Assembly (NCBI RefSeq): GCF_009914755.1
Contig: NC_060928.1
Direction: 5' to 3' (one strand)
From: the human T2T-CHM13v2.0 reference genome, Homo sapiens
Length of the DNA stretch: 64,000 bases
In this document: one piece after another, positions 1 to 13,260 of the stretch
How the letters are laid out: each line of letters begins with the position of its first letter
Numbering within the stretch: position 1 is the stretch's first letter
Position numbers and translations under genes: made by a program
The notes under the pieces: generated by a model
The model's database searches: none
The model's input: the letters and a program-made list of their open reading frames with translations, nothing else
Told to the model about the DNA's origin: nothing

Positions 1-280
1 AAACTCTAAATATAAAAAAAGATAAATATTTGTAACATTTAATTTGGCAATTGTTTCTTAGATATGACACCAAAAGGAGAAACAACCAAATTAAAATGAA
101 CGAATTGGACTTCATAAAAATTAAAACTTATGTGCATCAAAGAATACCATCAAGAAAGTGAAATGACGAGCCACAAAATTGGAGAATATATTTACAAACC
201 ATATATCTGATAAGTTACTTTTATCAAGAAAATGTAAAGAAAATTTAACATTCAAGAAGAAAACAACACAATGAAGAAGT
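1..280 (+). mobile_element. Old L1 (L1M) ORF2 3' fragment
   Basis: ttggacttcataaaaattaaaacttatgtgcatcaaag and ggagaatatatttacaaaccatatatctgataag resemble L1 ORF2. Confidence 0.7.
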
Positions 281-283
281 GGG

Positions 284-1411
284 TCTAATTATTACTTTAG
301 GTTTGAAAGTTATGGAAAAATGCTGTTGTGGCCAATGAAATATAATCAATGGAGCAATTTAAAGACACTACTGAATGAACTTGTTTGGATAGTTCATGAG
401 GATAGTTCATGAGGTTCTGACACCTTCATATTTCATTACCCTTGATCTCGATAAACTATTATTAAATTTGAAATTTTTTCTACATCTTATACTAGAGTTG
501 AACTGGAATTTTTTTTTTTTTTACCAAATGAGTCAGGAAATGGGTGTATAATTTGCCAAAAGACACACATTGAGCATATTTTCCATTACTGCAAAAATGT
601 TCTGGGGCGAAAGTTCTGATTACTTTGAAAAGTTCTATAGAGATGTAGTTCTGAACAAGAAACTTATGACAAACTACAAAAATCAAAGTTTGACATTACT
701 ATGGTTTAAATGTGTTCCCTTCAAAATTCAAAATGTTGAATTTCCATTTCAAAATTCAAATGTTGCCAATGTGACAGTATTGAGGTAGACCTTTTAAGAG
801 GAGATTAGGCCATGAGGGCTTCTCCCTTGTGAATGGGACTAGGTGCCCTTATAACAGAACTTGACAGTGACAGTTTGCCCCTTTTTGCCTTTATGTCTTT
901 ATGCCTTCTGCCAAGAGAGGACACAGCATTCCTCACTTCCAGAAGACTCAGTGTTCCAGGAGCCATCTTGGAAGCAGAGACCAGAGAGACCCTCACCAGA
1001 CAATGAATCTACTAGCCCCTTGATCTTGAACTTTCCAGCCTCCAGTACTGTGTGAAGCAAATTTCGGTTCTTTATAAATTATCCACTCTCAGGTATTTTG
1101 TTATAGCAGTGCAAATGGACTAAGACAATGTCCTTCTTGGAGATGCCAGTGGTCCCTGTGGTGAGTTGCTGTCTGAGATACTTGAAATGTCCTTTGTGTA
1201 TAGTCTCTGCTTCTCTCTTGGCTATACATTGAAAAAATATAGGTGAGGACTTTGATTCCTTCCTTCCTATATATCCGTTGTTATATCTGAATTAAGTGGT
1301 AGAATGAAATTTATGGAGAAGGTAAAAATATGATATATGTGCTTTATTTTGACTTTTGGTTCCAAACGTTTTATGAAAAGAAATGAGATCAGTTTTACAG
1401 AGAAATATTAG
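284..1411 (+). pseudogene. Second, more decayed UGT2B exon-1 copy split by a MaLR LTR
   Basis: YYFRFESYGKMLLWPMKYNQWSNLKTLLNELV (~284-400), [10 protein letters not shown] (~640-670), then after the LTR DVLLGDASGPCGELLSEIL...[22 protein letters not shown]|gtacg. Confidence 0.85.
697..1127 (+). mobile_element. MaLR solo LTR (MSTB-like)
   Basis: Starts tactatggtttaaatgtg, ends gttatagcagtgcaaatggactaagaca. Confidence 0.8.
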
Positions 1412-1486
1412 GTACGCTGTTTTTATATGGTAGCATAAACATTCAACTTTCTTTGTGCATTTGAAGGTGAGCTTATATGAATATAA

Positions 1487-1805
<319 letters not shown>

Positions 1806-2139
1806 AAAAATCAAAGAAAGTTTTCTTTTATAGGTAAATAAGGAAATGAAAATATAAAATGATCTATCAATCTGATAAATATTCTGAAGGGGCTTACATT
1901 ATAGGGTCAGTTAGAACCCTGTGGCCATCACTCATACAAGACACTCTAAGAAATCATAACTCTGCAAATTGAAGCACCTAGGATTTCTTTCGGAAATTAC
2001 AGATTCATTTAATTATAGTTTTAGTTTTATCTCTAAATGAACATAGATGCATACGTTGACTTACAAACATATTTCTAGCACAACTGTCTATATAGTAATA
2101 AGAAAATTGTTTTCTCTTTCCCTACTTAGAAATAATAAA

Positions 2140-4025
2140 TATCACACACACAACACATAGAAGTATACAGACAGACAAAAAAGATCTAGTAATTGTAAGA
2201 TTTATCATTTGCCAGTTTGTAAGTTTCTCTTTAAAGAATGCAGTTTCTAGGACCTAATAAGCAGGCACAGCTGGAAGACAAACAGATCCCCCAAAATTAA
2301 GGGTCCTATTTTTATACTAAAACCTGGATCCCCAAAAGAGGGAATCAGTCCATCTCCCATAAGAGTCTTATCTCTCAGTGTGGGGCGATGACATTTCCAT
2401 GTCTTCTAGGTGGCCAAGAGCATGCTTCTCTGATTTAAACGTGCAAAGAGCCATGTATTCTCATATAACAGCTATTTCCTTTTCCCAAAAGGGTATTTCC
2501 TACCTAGTTATAAAACACCAAAGCTCTCTCATAATGTGAAGTAATTTCTGATACCCTCAAAAGTCAAAACTGTCAAATAACGCAATGTAAAGAGAACAGA
2601 GCCTTAAATTTTGAAAGGAATCTATCCACTTCTAATTCCTGGGGTTTCATGAGGAAAAAACAGATTTTCTCCAAAAGAGGGTCTTTGATTCCTCCTCCGT
2701 TTTTCCCAAGGAGTCCCAGGCTATTAGAACTGGAATAAGCTGACTTTTAGTCCTTTTAAATCTCTGATTACCAGATGTTAGCCATGCCAAATCACCAATA
2801 TTTCTGGCTTTTAAATTTTACCAAAAGTAACCTCCTAGGTGCTCAGAGAAAAAAAATTCAAGATGGGTCATGGAGGGAAAGAGAATTAATGAATAGTAAA
2901 GGTCACACAGATAGCAACCCAGAAAGTACTCATTCCCTAAGCCAGGAATTGAACCCTGAACCCCGGCCACCGCTATGAAAAGACAAAGCCTTAGCTGCTG
3001 ACTACAGCATTGGATGGTTTCCATTGTCCTTCCCAGAAGGAGCCTATAGCAACAAATTTTGAGCTTGCAATGGCTTTTAATTGCACAAGATAGTTTTTAG
3101 GGCTAACTATGACATGAACCCCAAAATTACTGTTCCCTGGAAGGCAGAGATGAAGAGAAAGTATCGCCATGTGGCTACAAAGTCAAGCTCCCAAGGACAT
3201 TTTCAACATGTGGTCTCTGGACAAGATGAAGTGGCAGACTGTTGCCCACAGTAACAGAAAAAATAAAAAAAAGAAAGGGAGAAAAACATTGGCTATGGCA
3301 GGGTGGGGAAGGTGAGGCACTCAGGGAGGCCAAAGACCCACTCAGAGCAGTGTCACTGAATCGAAAGTTCAGGCAGCCTCTTGTCAGTAGGGAAGGGATC
3401 TTTTCCAGCAGTCCCATCAGCTCTGAATTTTCCACTTTTAGGGAGAAAAACCTCCCCATGTCTTTTGATCCTGCACATACCTAATCCTGTCACCCATAGC
3501 AATCAGCAAAGAGTACAATACAGATTAATCCAAACAGAATAGTGGTTAACATCCCATAGTGCCAAACCTGTTCTTAGCCAAGAGGGACTTTACCGAGAGA
3601 GAGGGCTCTATATCTCTAAATCTTAGGAAGGACTCTAACCTTCCCAACTTGGGCCTCAAACCCAAGTTCGGTCAAACATCCTTGCCTTTTATTAAGCGGG
3701 GTCTTTAACCCTTTCTGTCTTAGGAGAAACTCTAACAACCCTAAGTTGGGCCTCTAACCCAGTCGCATCCTCTACCTGGGTAAATGCACCCCATTTATTC
3801 AAAGTCGGCCAATCAGTGCTGCAGTCTATTTCCTTTGAGTTGGGGGGTCTCCTCAGTATGGTATCTTCATGGTTTGCCAGAAAAGGGTCCTGACCCAAAC
3901 CCCAAGAGAAAGTTCTTGGCTCTCACACAAGAAAGAATTTGGGGCGAGTGCACAGAGTAAGTGAAAACAAATGTATTATGAAAGTAAGGGAATAAAGAAT
4001 GGCTACTCCATAGGAGGAGCACCCC
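2140..4025 (-). mobile_element. ERV1 (MER4-group) internal fragment plus LTR 3' end
   Basis: 3875-4025 resembles the reverse complement of a MER51/MER41-type LTR end (aaagggtcctgacccaaaccccaagag); adjoining sequence looks like ERV leader/internal. Confidence 0.6.
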
Positions 4026-4029
4026 TAAA

Positions 4030-5510
4030 CTTTTTTTTTCTTTTCAACTTTTATTTTAGGTTCAAGCTTTACATGCTCAGGTTTGTTACATGGGTAAATT
4101 GTGTGTTGCGGTGGTTTGGTGTACAGATAATTTTGTCACTCGGGTAATGTGCATAGTACCCAATAGATCGGTTTTTGATCCTCACCCTCCTCCCGCCTTC
4201 CACCCTCAAATAGGCTGCAGTGTCTATTGTTCCCTTCTTTGTGCCCATGTGTATTCAATATTTAGTTCCCACTTACAAGTGAGAACATGCAGTATTTGAT
4301 TTTTGCTTCTGCGTTAATTTGCTTAGGATAATGGCCTTTAGCTCCATCCATGTTGCTGCAAAGGATGTGATCTCATTCTTTTTTATGGCTGCATAGTATT
4401 CCATAGTGTATATTTACTGCATTTTCTTTATCCAGTACACCACTGATGGGCATCTAGGTTGATTCTACGTCTTTGCTGTTGTGAATAGTGCTGCGATGAA
4501 CATACATGTGCATGTGTCTTTACAGTTTACTAATTATATTTCTTTGGGTATGTGCCCAGTGAGATTGCTGGGTTGAATGGTAGTTCTATTTTCAGTTCTT
4601 TGAGAAATCTTCAGAATGCTTTCCACAGTGGCTGAAATGATTTACATTCCCACCACAGTGTATAAGCGCTCCCTTTTCTCTGCAATCTCCCCAGCATCTC
4701 TTATTTTTTGACTTTTTATAATAGTCATTCTGACTCGTGTGAGATGGTCTCTTATTATGGTTTTGATTTGCATTTTCATAATGATTAGTGATACTGAGCA
4801 TTTTTATGTGCTTCTTGGCCACATATATTTCTTCTTTTGAGAAGTGTGTGTTCATGTCCTTTGCCCATTTTGTAAGGGAGTTGTTTTTTGTTAATTTGTT
4901 TAAGGTCCTTATAGATTCTGGATATTAAACCTTTGTCAGATGCTTAGTTTGCAAATATTTTCTTCCATTCTGTTGGTTGTCTGTTTACTCTGTTGATAGT
5001 TTCTTTTGCTGTGCAGAAGCTCTTTAGTTTAATTTGGTCCCATTGTCAATTTTTGTTTTTGTTGCAATTGCTTTTGGAGTCTTTGTCTTGAAGTCTTTCC
5101 CAGGGCCTACATCCATAATGGTATTTCCTAGGTTTTCTTCAAGAGTTTTAATTTTAGGTTTTACACTTAAGTCTTTAATCCATCTTGAGTCAATTTTTGT
5201 ATATGGTGAAAGGTAGGTGTCCAGTTTTAATCTTCTACATATAACTAGCCAGTTATCCCAGCACTGTTTTTGTCAGTGTTGCCAAAACTTAGATAGTTTT
5301 AGGTGTGCAGCTTTATTTCTATTTGGGCTTTTTTCGGTTCCAAAGGAACATTAGAATTTTTTTTCTAATTCTGTAAAAAATGTCATTGGTGCTTTGATAG
5401 GAATAGCATTGAATCTGTAAATTGCTTTGGGTAATATGACCATTTTAACAATATTATTTTTTCCTATCCATGAGCATAGAATGTTTTTCCATTTGTTTGT
5501 GACACATCTA
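4030..5510 (-). mobile_element. L1PA/L1PB 3' fragment
   Basis: Poly-T, then L1 3'UTR and ORF2 end ([15 protein letters not shown] in ORF 5351..5545). Confidence 0.85.
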
Positions 5511-5519
5511 ATTGGAAAC

Positions 5520-6960
5520 ACATCTTGTTTCCTGAACTGAAACACTTAATATTTTATTAATGACAATACTGCCCCAAATGATATATAAATTCAATGCAAT
5601 CCTTATAAAAACCACAGCTGACTTCATAGCATAAATTGACAAGATGATCCTAAAATTTATATTAGATATTTAAAGGACCTAAAAATAGCAAAACGCTCTT
5701 AAAAAGAACAAAGTTGGGGGACTTGTACTTACTGATTTTGAAGCCAACTGTAAATCTACAGTAATAAAGAAAATGTGGCATAGGCATACAGATAGATGTA
5801 TAGATTGATCGAATAGGTTTTAGAATCCTGAAATATACCATATGTTAATGGTCAACTGATATTTGACAAGAGTGCCAAAGCAGTTCAATAGGGAAAGAGC
5901 CTAGTAAACAAATGTTGTTTGTGTTGACAATTAATAACACGTGTTGTCAAGGATGTGGAGGAATTGGAATCCTCATACATTGCTAATGAGACTGGAAAAT
6001 GGTATGGCCACTTTGGAAAACAGTCTAGTAATTCTTCGAAAGTTAAACATAAAGCTAATATGTAACCCAGCAATTCCATCTCTAGGTATATACCCAAGAG
6101 AAATGAAAACATGTCTACACAAAACTTGTACATGAACATTAATAAATAACATTATTCATGATAGCCAAAAACTGGAAAAAACTCAAATGTCCATTAACTG
6201 ATGAATAATAAACAAAATGTAGTATATCCATAGTATATAACATTATTTGGAAATAAACATGAATGAAATCTTGATACTTTAACATGAATGAGTCTTTAAA
6301 ATATTATGAAAAGTGAAAGCCAACCACAAAAGACCACGTATTGTATGATTTCATTAGTATGAAATATCGAGAAAAGGAAAACCCATAGAGAGATAGTACA
6401 TTAGTGTGTGGTTGCCTAGAACTCTGGATATGCAGAAATTGCATAGGGTGGAGGTTGACAGCTAATGGTAAAGTACTTCTTTTTGGGAGATGAACCTGTT
6501 CTAAAATTATTTTCTGATTTTACAAGTCTGTTAATATACAATGAGACATTCAATTGTACACTGATATGGTTTGACTGTGTCCCCACCCAAATCTCACCTT
6601 GAGTTGTAATAATCCTCACATTTCAAGGGTGGTGCCAGGTGGAGATAATTGAATCATGTGGGTCGTTTCCTCCAGTTTCCTCCATACTGTTCTTGTGGTA
6701 GTGAATAAGAAACATGAGATCTGATGGTTTTATAAATGGGAGTTCCCCTGCACAAGCTCTCTGTCTTGCCTGTCACCACGGTTGTGAGGCCTCCCCAGCC
6801 ATGTGGAACTGTGAGTCAATTAAACCTCTTTCCTTTGTAAACTACCCAGTCTTGGATATGTCTTTACTAGCAGCATGGGAACAGACTAATATATACACAT
6901 TAGATTGGTGAATTGCATAGCATGTGAATTATACGTCAAAAAGTCATGACTAAAGTGTTT
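5520..6960 (+). mobile_element. Old L1M 3' fragment interrupted by a THE1 LTR
   Basis: aattcaatgcaatcc, cccagcaattccatctctaggtatatacccaagagaaatgaaaac. Confidence 0.75.
6562..6893 (+). mobile_element. THE1-type MaLR solo LTR
   Basis: tgatatggtttgactgtgtccccacccaaatctc...cagactaatata; 5-bp TSD TACAC at 6557-6561 and 6894-6898. Confidence 0.88.
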
Positions 6961-7179
6961 TTATAAAAATAACTCTAAAAAATGCTGATTCATCCATATA
7001 ATTATTTTATCTCTAGTTCTGTGTCAAGGAGACTGAAGACAAAAGAGCCTCTCTATTGCCACTACTTTTGGCAGTATACTAAAATACATCACATAAATGC
7101 GACGACTTGTTCATGCAAAATCATTGATCTTAGCTAGATGAAAGCACTTAAAAACATAAAAGAGACATTAAATACATTT

Positions 7180-7315
7180 GTGTAAACACAGGGTCATCTA
7201 CCTTTTGTTTTTCTATTTGCCATTGACATGTTCAGACTACTTATATAATGTATTTACTTCGAGGTGTAAGAGTTATATTTTAACTTCCGGATTGATTTAT
7301 CATTGCATAAAAACA
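7180..7315 (+). promoter_or_regulatory. Relic liver-type UGT2B proximal promoter
   Basis: HNF1-like GTTATATTTTAAC 7272-7284, FOXA-like GTAAACA near 7182 and CATAAAA near 7306, all upstream of the ATG. Confidence 0.55.
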
Positions 7316-7373
7316 AAACGTAAGAATGGCAGAGGGAACAACAATTTAAAAAGAAGCATTGTATTTTATCAAG

Positions 7374-8101
7374 ATGGCTATGAAATGGACTTCAGTCCTT
7401 CTGTTGATACAGCTGAGCTATTACTCTAGCTCTGGGAGTTGTGGAAATGTGCCGCTGTGGCCCATGGAATATAGTCCTTGGATGAATATAAAGACAATCC
7501 TGGATAAACTTATGCAGATAAGTCATGAGGTGACTGTTCTAACATTGTCAGCTTCCATTCTTGTTGATCCCAACATAACATCTGTTACTAAATTTGAGGT
7601 TTATTCTATATCTGTAATTAAAGATGATTTTGCAGGGTTTTTTTTCACACAACAGATTACTAAATGGATACATGATCTTCCAAAACATATATTTTGAACA
7701 TATTTTTCATTAATGCAAGAATATTCTTTGGGAATATTCTGGTTATACTGAGAAGTTCTTTAAAGATGTAGTTTTGAACAAGAAACTTATGACAAACCTA
7801 CAAGAATCAAGGTCTGATGTCGTTCATGCAAATGCCATTGGTCCCTTTGGAGAGCTGCTGGCTGAGCTATTAAAAATATCCTTTGTGTACAGTCTCCACT
7901 TCTCTCCTGGCTACACATTTGAGAAATACAGTGGAGGATTTCTACTTCCACCTTCCTATGGAGCTGTTATTCTGTCAGAATTAAGTGGTTCGATGACATT
8001 CATGGAGACAGTAAGAAATATTATATATGTGTTTTATTTTGACTTTTGGTTCCAAACATTTGATATGAAGAAGTGAGACCAGTTTTACAGTGAAGTTCTA
8101 G
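7374..8101 (+). pseudogene. UGT2B-family pseudogene, exon 1
   Basis: [15 protein letters not shown] signal peptide...KKLM...GELLAELL...DQFYSEVLG|gtaagt; TGA at 7695 and 8074 replacing Trp; +1 frameshift near 7720; catalytic His of EYSHW changed to Pro. Confidence 0.92.
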
Positions 8102-9358
8102 GTAAGTCATGTTTTTAATTGGTGGTTATTAAGTCCTAACTTTCCCTGTGCCTTTAGAGGTGAGTTTGCATGAGTATAAAATCAGAGGAGTGTGTTTTTT
8201 GTAAATGAAATGATGAAGTGAAAATATAAGATGATCAATCAATCTCACAAATACTATGGAAAGCCTGACATTAGTAAGTTAGAACTCTGGGACCATCAAT
8301 TGTACAGGATGCTCCAGTAAGTCATAATCCTGCAAATTGAACCACTGAGGATTTCTCTAAGCAATTACATATCCATCTTACAATGCTTTTATTTTGTCCT
8401 TAAAATAGTCATTAGAAATTTCAATAAATGTCTTGATGAGAGCAGACATGTAGATTACATATACATTTCTACAACTATTTATGTAGCATTAGGACATTGT
8501 TTCCCTTATGTAGCTTAGTTTCCTAATTTAAAAAATTAAAACATTTTTCCATATTACTATTACTATGAGGATTTCTTCATATTTGAGTGAATAGTGTCTG
8601 TCCCAGATGCAAAAAGCTATATAATTTGAGGTCTCTCAGACTTCCACATTCCTTCAACAACTGCTTACAAGTCATATATTTTAAGGCCTAAAATCTTGTT
8701 GAAGAGTGAACATGTAATTATTAGTTTATATTTTTAAAACTATATCTTTCCATTAAAGAAAATATGAATCTAAATAAGGCTGAGCACAAATCACTATTTT
8801 AATAATTTGTAAAAATTTTCCAGCTGTTACTTTCAATATCAATATTATTAATAAACTAAAATTATTAGTCACCTATTATGAATCAAATACAGTAGTAGCT
8901 ACTAGAAACCCCAAAACCTTACAATTCATTTGGAGAATCAAAGATTAAGGAAATAAATTGCTTCCTAAATTGTAGAAACTAGACTGAATACTCTTGAAAA
9001 ACATGGCTATGGCTATGGTAGAATTAAGTGATGGTGGATTTCAAAGAGTTTTTAAATTTATAATGGTTACTTTTGTATTTTAGAGAGAAAACAAATCTAT
9101 GTTTAATTCTACAGTGACTCGTTTTAATAATCATTCATGATTGTGTATATACCAATGTGACATTAGAGTCTACCCACTTTACTTACATATGTATGAACAA
9201 CATCTATAAAATATATAAATTATGTATAAATATGCACATTTATATTTGCTTTAGCAAGTCATAAAAAATTTTGGCTACATTATTTCAAATAATTTTAGAA
9301 AATTACCTGGCATATTCACATGACAATTTTATTTCTTTTGCCTTTCCCCCCCCTTCAG

Positions 9359-9508
9359 GAAAATGCACTACAATTATCTGAGATAATGGGAAAAGCTGAA
9401 ATGTGGCTCATTCGAAACTACTGGTATTTGGAATTTCCTCGCCCACTCTTACCTAATTTTGAATTTGTTGTAAGACTCTACTGCAAACCTGTCAACCCCC
9501 TGCCTAAG
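9359..9508 (+). pseudogene. UGT2B-family pseudogene, exon 2
   Basis: [32 protein letters not shown]...CKPVNPLPK|gtaaa with ttcag acceptor; no exon 3 recognised downstream. Confidence 0.9.
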
Positions 9509-10417
9509 GTAAACCTATTCCTAGTTGTTTTATTCTTTTTGTTTTGCATTTTCAGGGGGAATGACTGTATTCTTCGTTCAGAGTGTTTGTCTCATGGTAA
9601 GACAGATATGACAAGTGAGGAAAGTGACCTGCCAATTAGAAACTGATATATTTCTTTTCTGTACCATCACAAGTATGTGAATTTCATTACCATTACAGAA
9701 TAACCTGAGATACCTGGGAGACTTTGAGAGTATAGTCAGTTAACTTAAGGTGTTATTATTCAACACATAAGAATCAATTATTCATTTAAAGAATATAGTG
9801 ACTAAAATATACCAGAAGTGCCAGATTTGCAAAGAAATGAAGTAGACATAACTTCTGCCCCCTATACATCTTATCTTCTGTTGTGAAAGATAAAATATAA
9901 GCAAGTAATAAAAATTGGGTGAAAAGTGTCATCTTAAGGAAAGACCACAGTGCTAACGAAGCATTTAGAGATTACAGACAGTATCTCCACGTCATTAACA
10001 ATTAAGGTAAGCCCTAAACAAGGTGGAGGGACAGGTGAAGGGATGAGAGGGAGAGGAAGAAACATAAAGAAAAGCAGATAGAGAAGTAAGGACAGTTCCC
10101 AAAGACCCTAAGTTTAGTTCTGCAGGAAGAGGCTGAGTAATGAAGCAGATGATGCTGGTGAGGTAGTATAGAGCCAGATAATTATAGGAGTTTGAACATA
10201 TGTTAAGGGGATGGGGAAGACAGTGAAAAGAGTTAAACAAAAAAGGAATATTATCAGATTTCCTTTTTAAAAAAAATCTCAAGCTTTAGTCACTGGGTTG
10301 ATTGTAGAGGGGCAAGACTATAGAAAGGGGAATCACTCTAAAGGGAACTTTTGTAAGAATGTTCTTACAAGAGTTCAGGCAACAGGTGACAGAAAACTAG
10401 ATTAGAATGTTCATAGA

Positions 10418-10704
10418 GGCAAGACGCAATGGCTTACATCTATAATTCCAGCACTTTGGGAGGTGGAGGCAGGAGGAGGGCTTGAGCCCAGGAGTTCGAG
10501 ACCATCATGGGCAAAAAAGTGAGCCCTTGTTTCTAGAAAAAAAATGTTTAAAAGTTAGCTGGGTATGGTGGCACATGCCTGTCATCCTAGCTACACGGGA
10601 GGCTGTGGCAGGAGAATCACTTCAGCCCACAAGATCAAGGCTGCAGTGAGCTGTAATCATGCCACTGTATCCTAGCCTGGGCAACGGATGGAGACCTTGT
10701 CTTA

Positions 10705-10760
<56 letters not shown>
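10418..10760 (+). mobile_element. AluJ with a 54-nt pure A tail
   Basis: Diverged Alu dimer; A run 10707-10760. Confidence 0.85.
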
Positions 10761-10764
<4 letters not shown>

Positions 10765-11225
10765 ATAGAGATGACTACACCTACTCATACAATAATAGGC
10801 CAACCTCATATTGTGTTCTGTGTGTGGGAAAAAATAGTTAACATAGATAAAACACTTGAAATATCTCTGGTACATAGTGATCCAGAGTAATATTGACTCT
10901 TGCCATTATTGCTGTTTTGTTTATATTACTAATACTATTAACTAATTTGTGCCAGACACTTTAGATATTATTCCTCATTTTATAGAAACTGGTCTTCTAA
11001 TAGATTAACATTGTATTCTCAACCAAAGTCCTAGAGAACAGATATCCTGTGGATTGCTTTAAAAGTCAATGTATGGATCAGATGAGCAAGTGGAAATGCT
11101 AAAATTGTATTGGAAAGGTTGAGGCTTTTCACCTGTATTTTAGCTTTAAAGAAACACCATTCCTCAAAAATATAAGTATATGACTTCAACTATATTTGCA
11201 GACAGAACTAACATTTACTTTCTTT

Positions 11226-12021
<796 letters not shown>

Positions 12022-13219
12022 ATTTACTTTCTTTTATTCCAGTTTTATTCCAGTATTTCTTTTTTTAAAATTTCTTTTATTCCAGTATTTCTTTTTTAAA
12101 CCTATTCTTTCTGAAGATCCCAAACTTTTACATATTAGAGAATACAATGGTGGTTTACCTTATGAGAGGAAGTGTTTTCTGCCTTATGCCCAGACTAATA
12201 GTACACCTCAGTAAAGCTCATTTTGGGAACATGTGTCTTGCTATATCACAGCTGCTTGATAGAGAAGCATAGAAAAATGTACAGTGCATGTATAATAAAG
12301 ACCAAATAATTTCTACCACTTGTATCAGTTCTGTCAGTATATAGGATGATATTCCTTATGAAGGAACACAAGAGTCAACATATTCTAACTTAATATCATA
12401 CTTTTAAGATATAAGCAGAAAGGAAGCATTCTTTATGTACTATATGATCTAAGATATTATTTTTGTCTATGTTCTTATTGGCAGCAATATAAAAGTGAGA
12501 TCTTATTCAAGTGTTAAGACTCAAAGTCCATTTTGACTGCAAATTGTTTAGGCTGTATACAGTAACTTTCACAAGGTAAAATAGCTGAGGTAGGATTGGT
12601 AGAATTTCTAACAAACTAACTCCTATTCTTGAAAGATTTCTTCATGCATATAAAGGGAAAGTGATAATGTTGGCAAGGAGGGAAAAAGAGGAGGAGGAGA
12701 AGGAAGGCACAGAGAAAGGTAATAGCAGTATAGTGGCAATCATCAGCTATTGTTACCAAGTTGGAGAAAGCAAGATTTGAATAGATGTCAGGAAGCTTGT
12801 CCTTTTATTCTTTGTTTTTGATGTTATAGATTGTTATACAGTATCTCATATTGTTGCTTCTTGGTGTGACAAGAGCTGCTAAAATCTACTTAGTAAAAGT
12901 CCCTTATACAATTTTATTAACCACAGTCCTCATCTTGTACATTAAATCTCTAAACTTGCTCATTCTACATATTTGCTAATTTGTATGCTTTGACCTACAT
13001 CTTCCCATTTCCTCTCACTGCCCACCACCCCTGCTGGTGGCAACCACTGTTTTGTTCTCTGTGTATCTGAGATCTTTTTAAAAATACATATTCCATGTGT
13101 AAGGGAAATCATGCGATATTTTTATTTCTATCTCTGGCTTATTTATCATAGCATGAAGTCCTCTCTGTCCATCTGCGTGGTGGCAAGTGTTAACATTTCC
13201 ATCTTTTTAAGGCTGAATA

Positions 13220-13260
<41 letters not shown>

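Noticed and set aside
7359-8076. Functional UGT2B gene
   Set aside because: Two stops, a frameshift, loss of the catalytic His and no recognisable exons 3-6.
10659-10841. Poly-Lys ORF
   Set aside because: Translation of an Alu A tail.
12030-12100. Repeated ttttattccagt units; also short duplications at ~389-414, ~720-765 and ~18364-18393
   Set aside because: Simple local slippage duplications with no spacers or regular array; not CRISPR-like.
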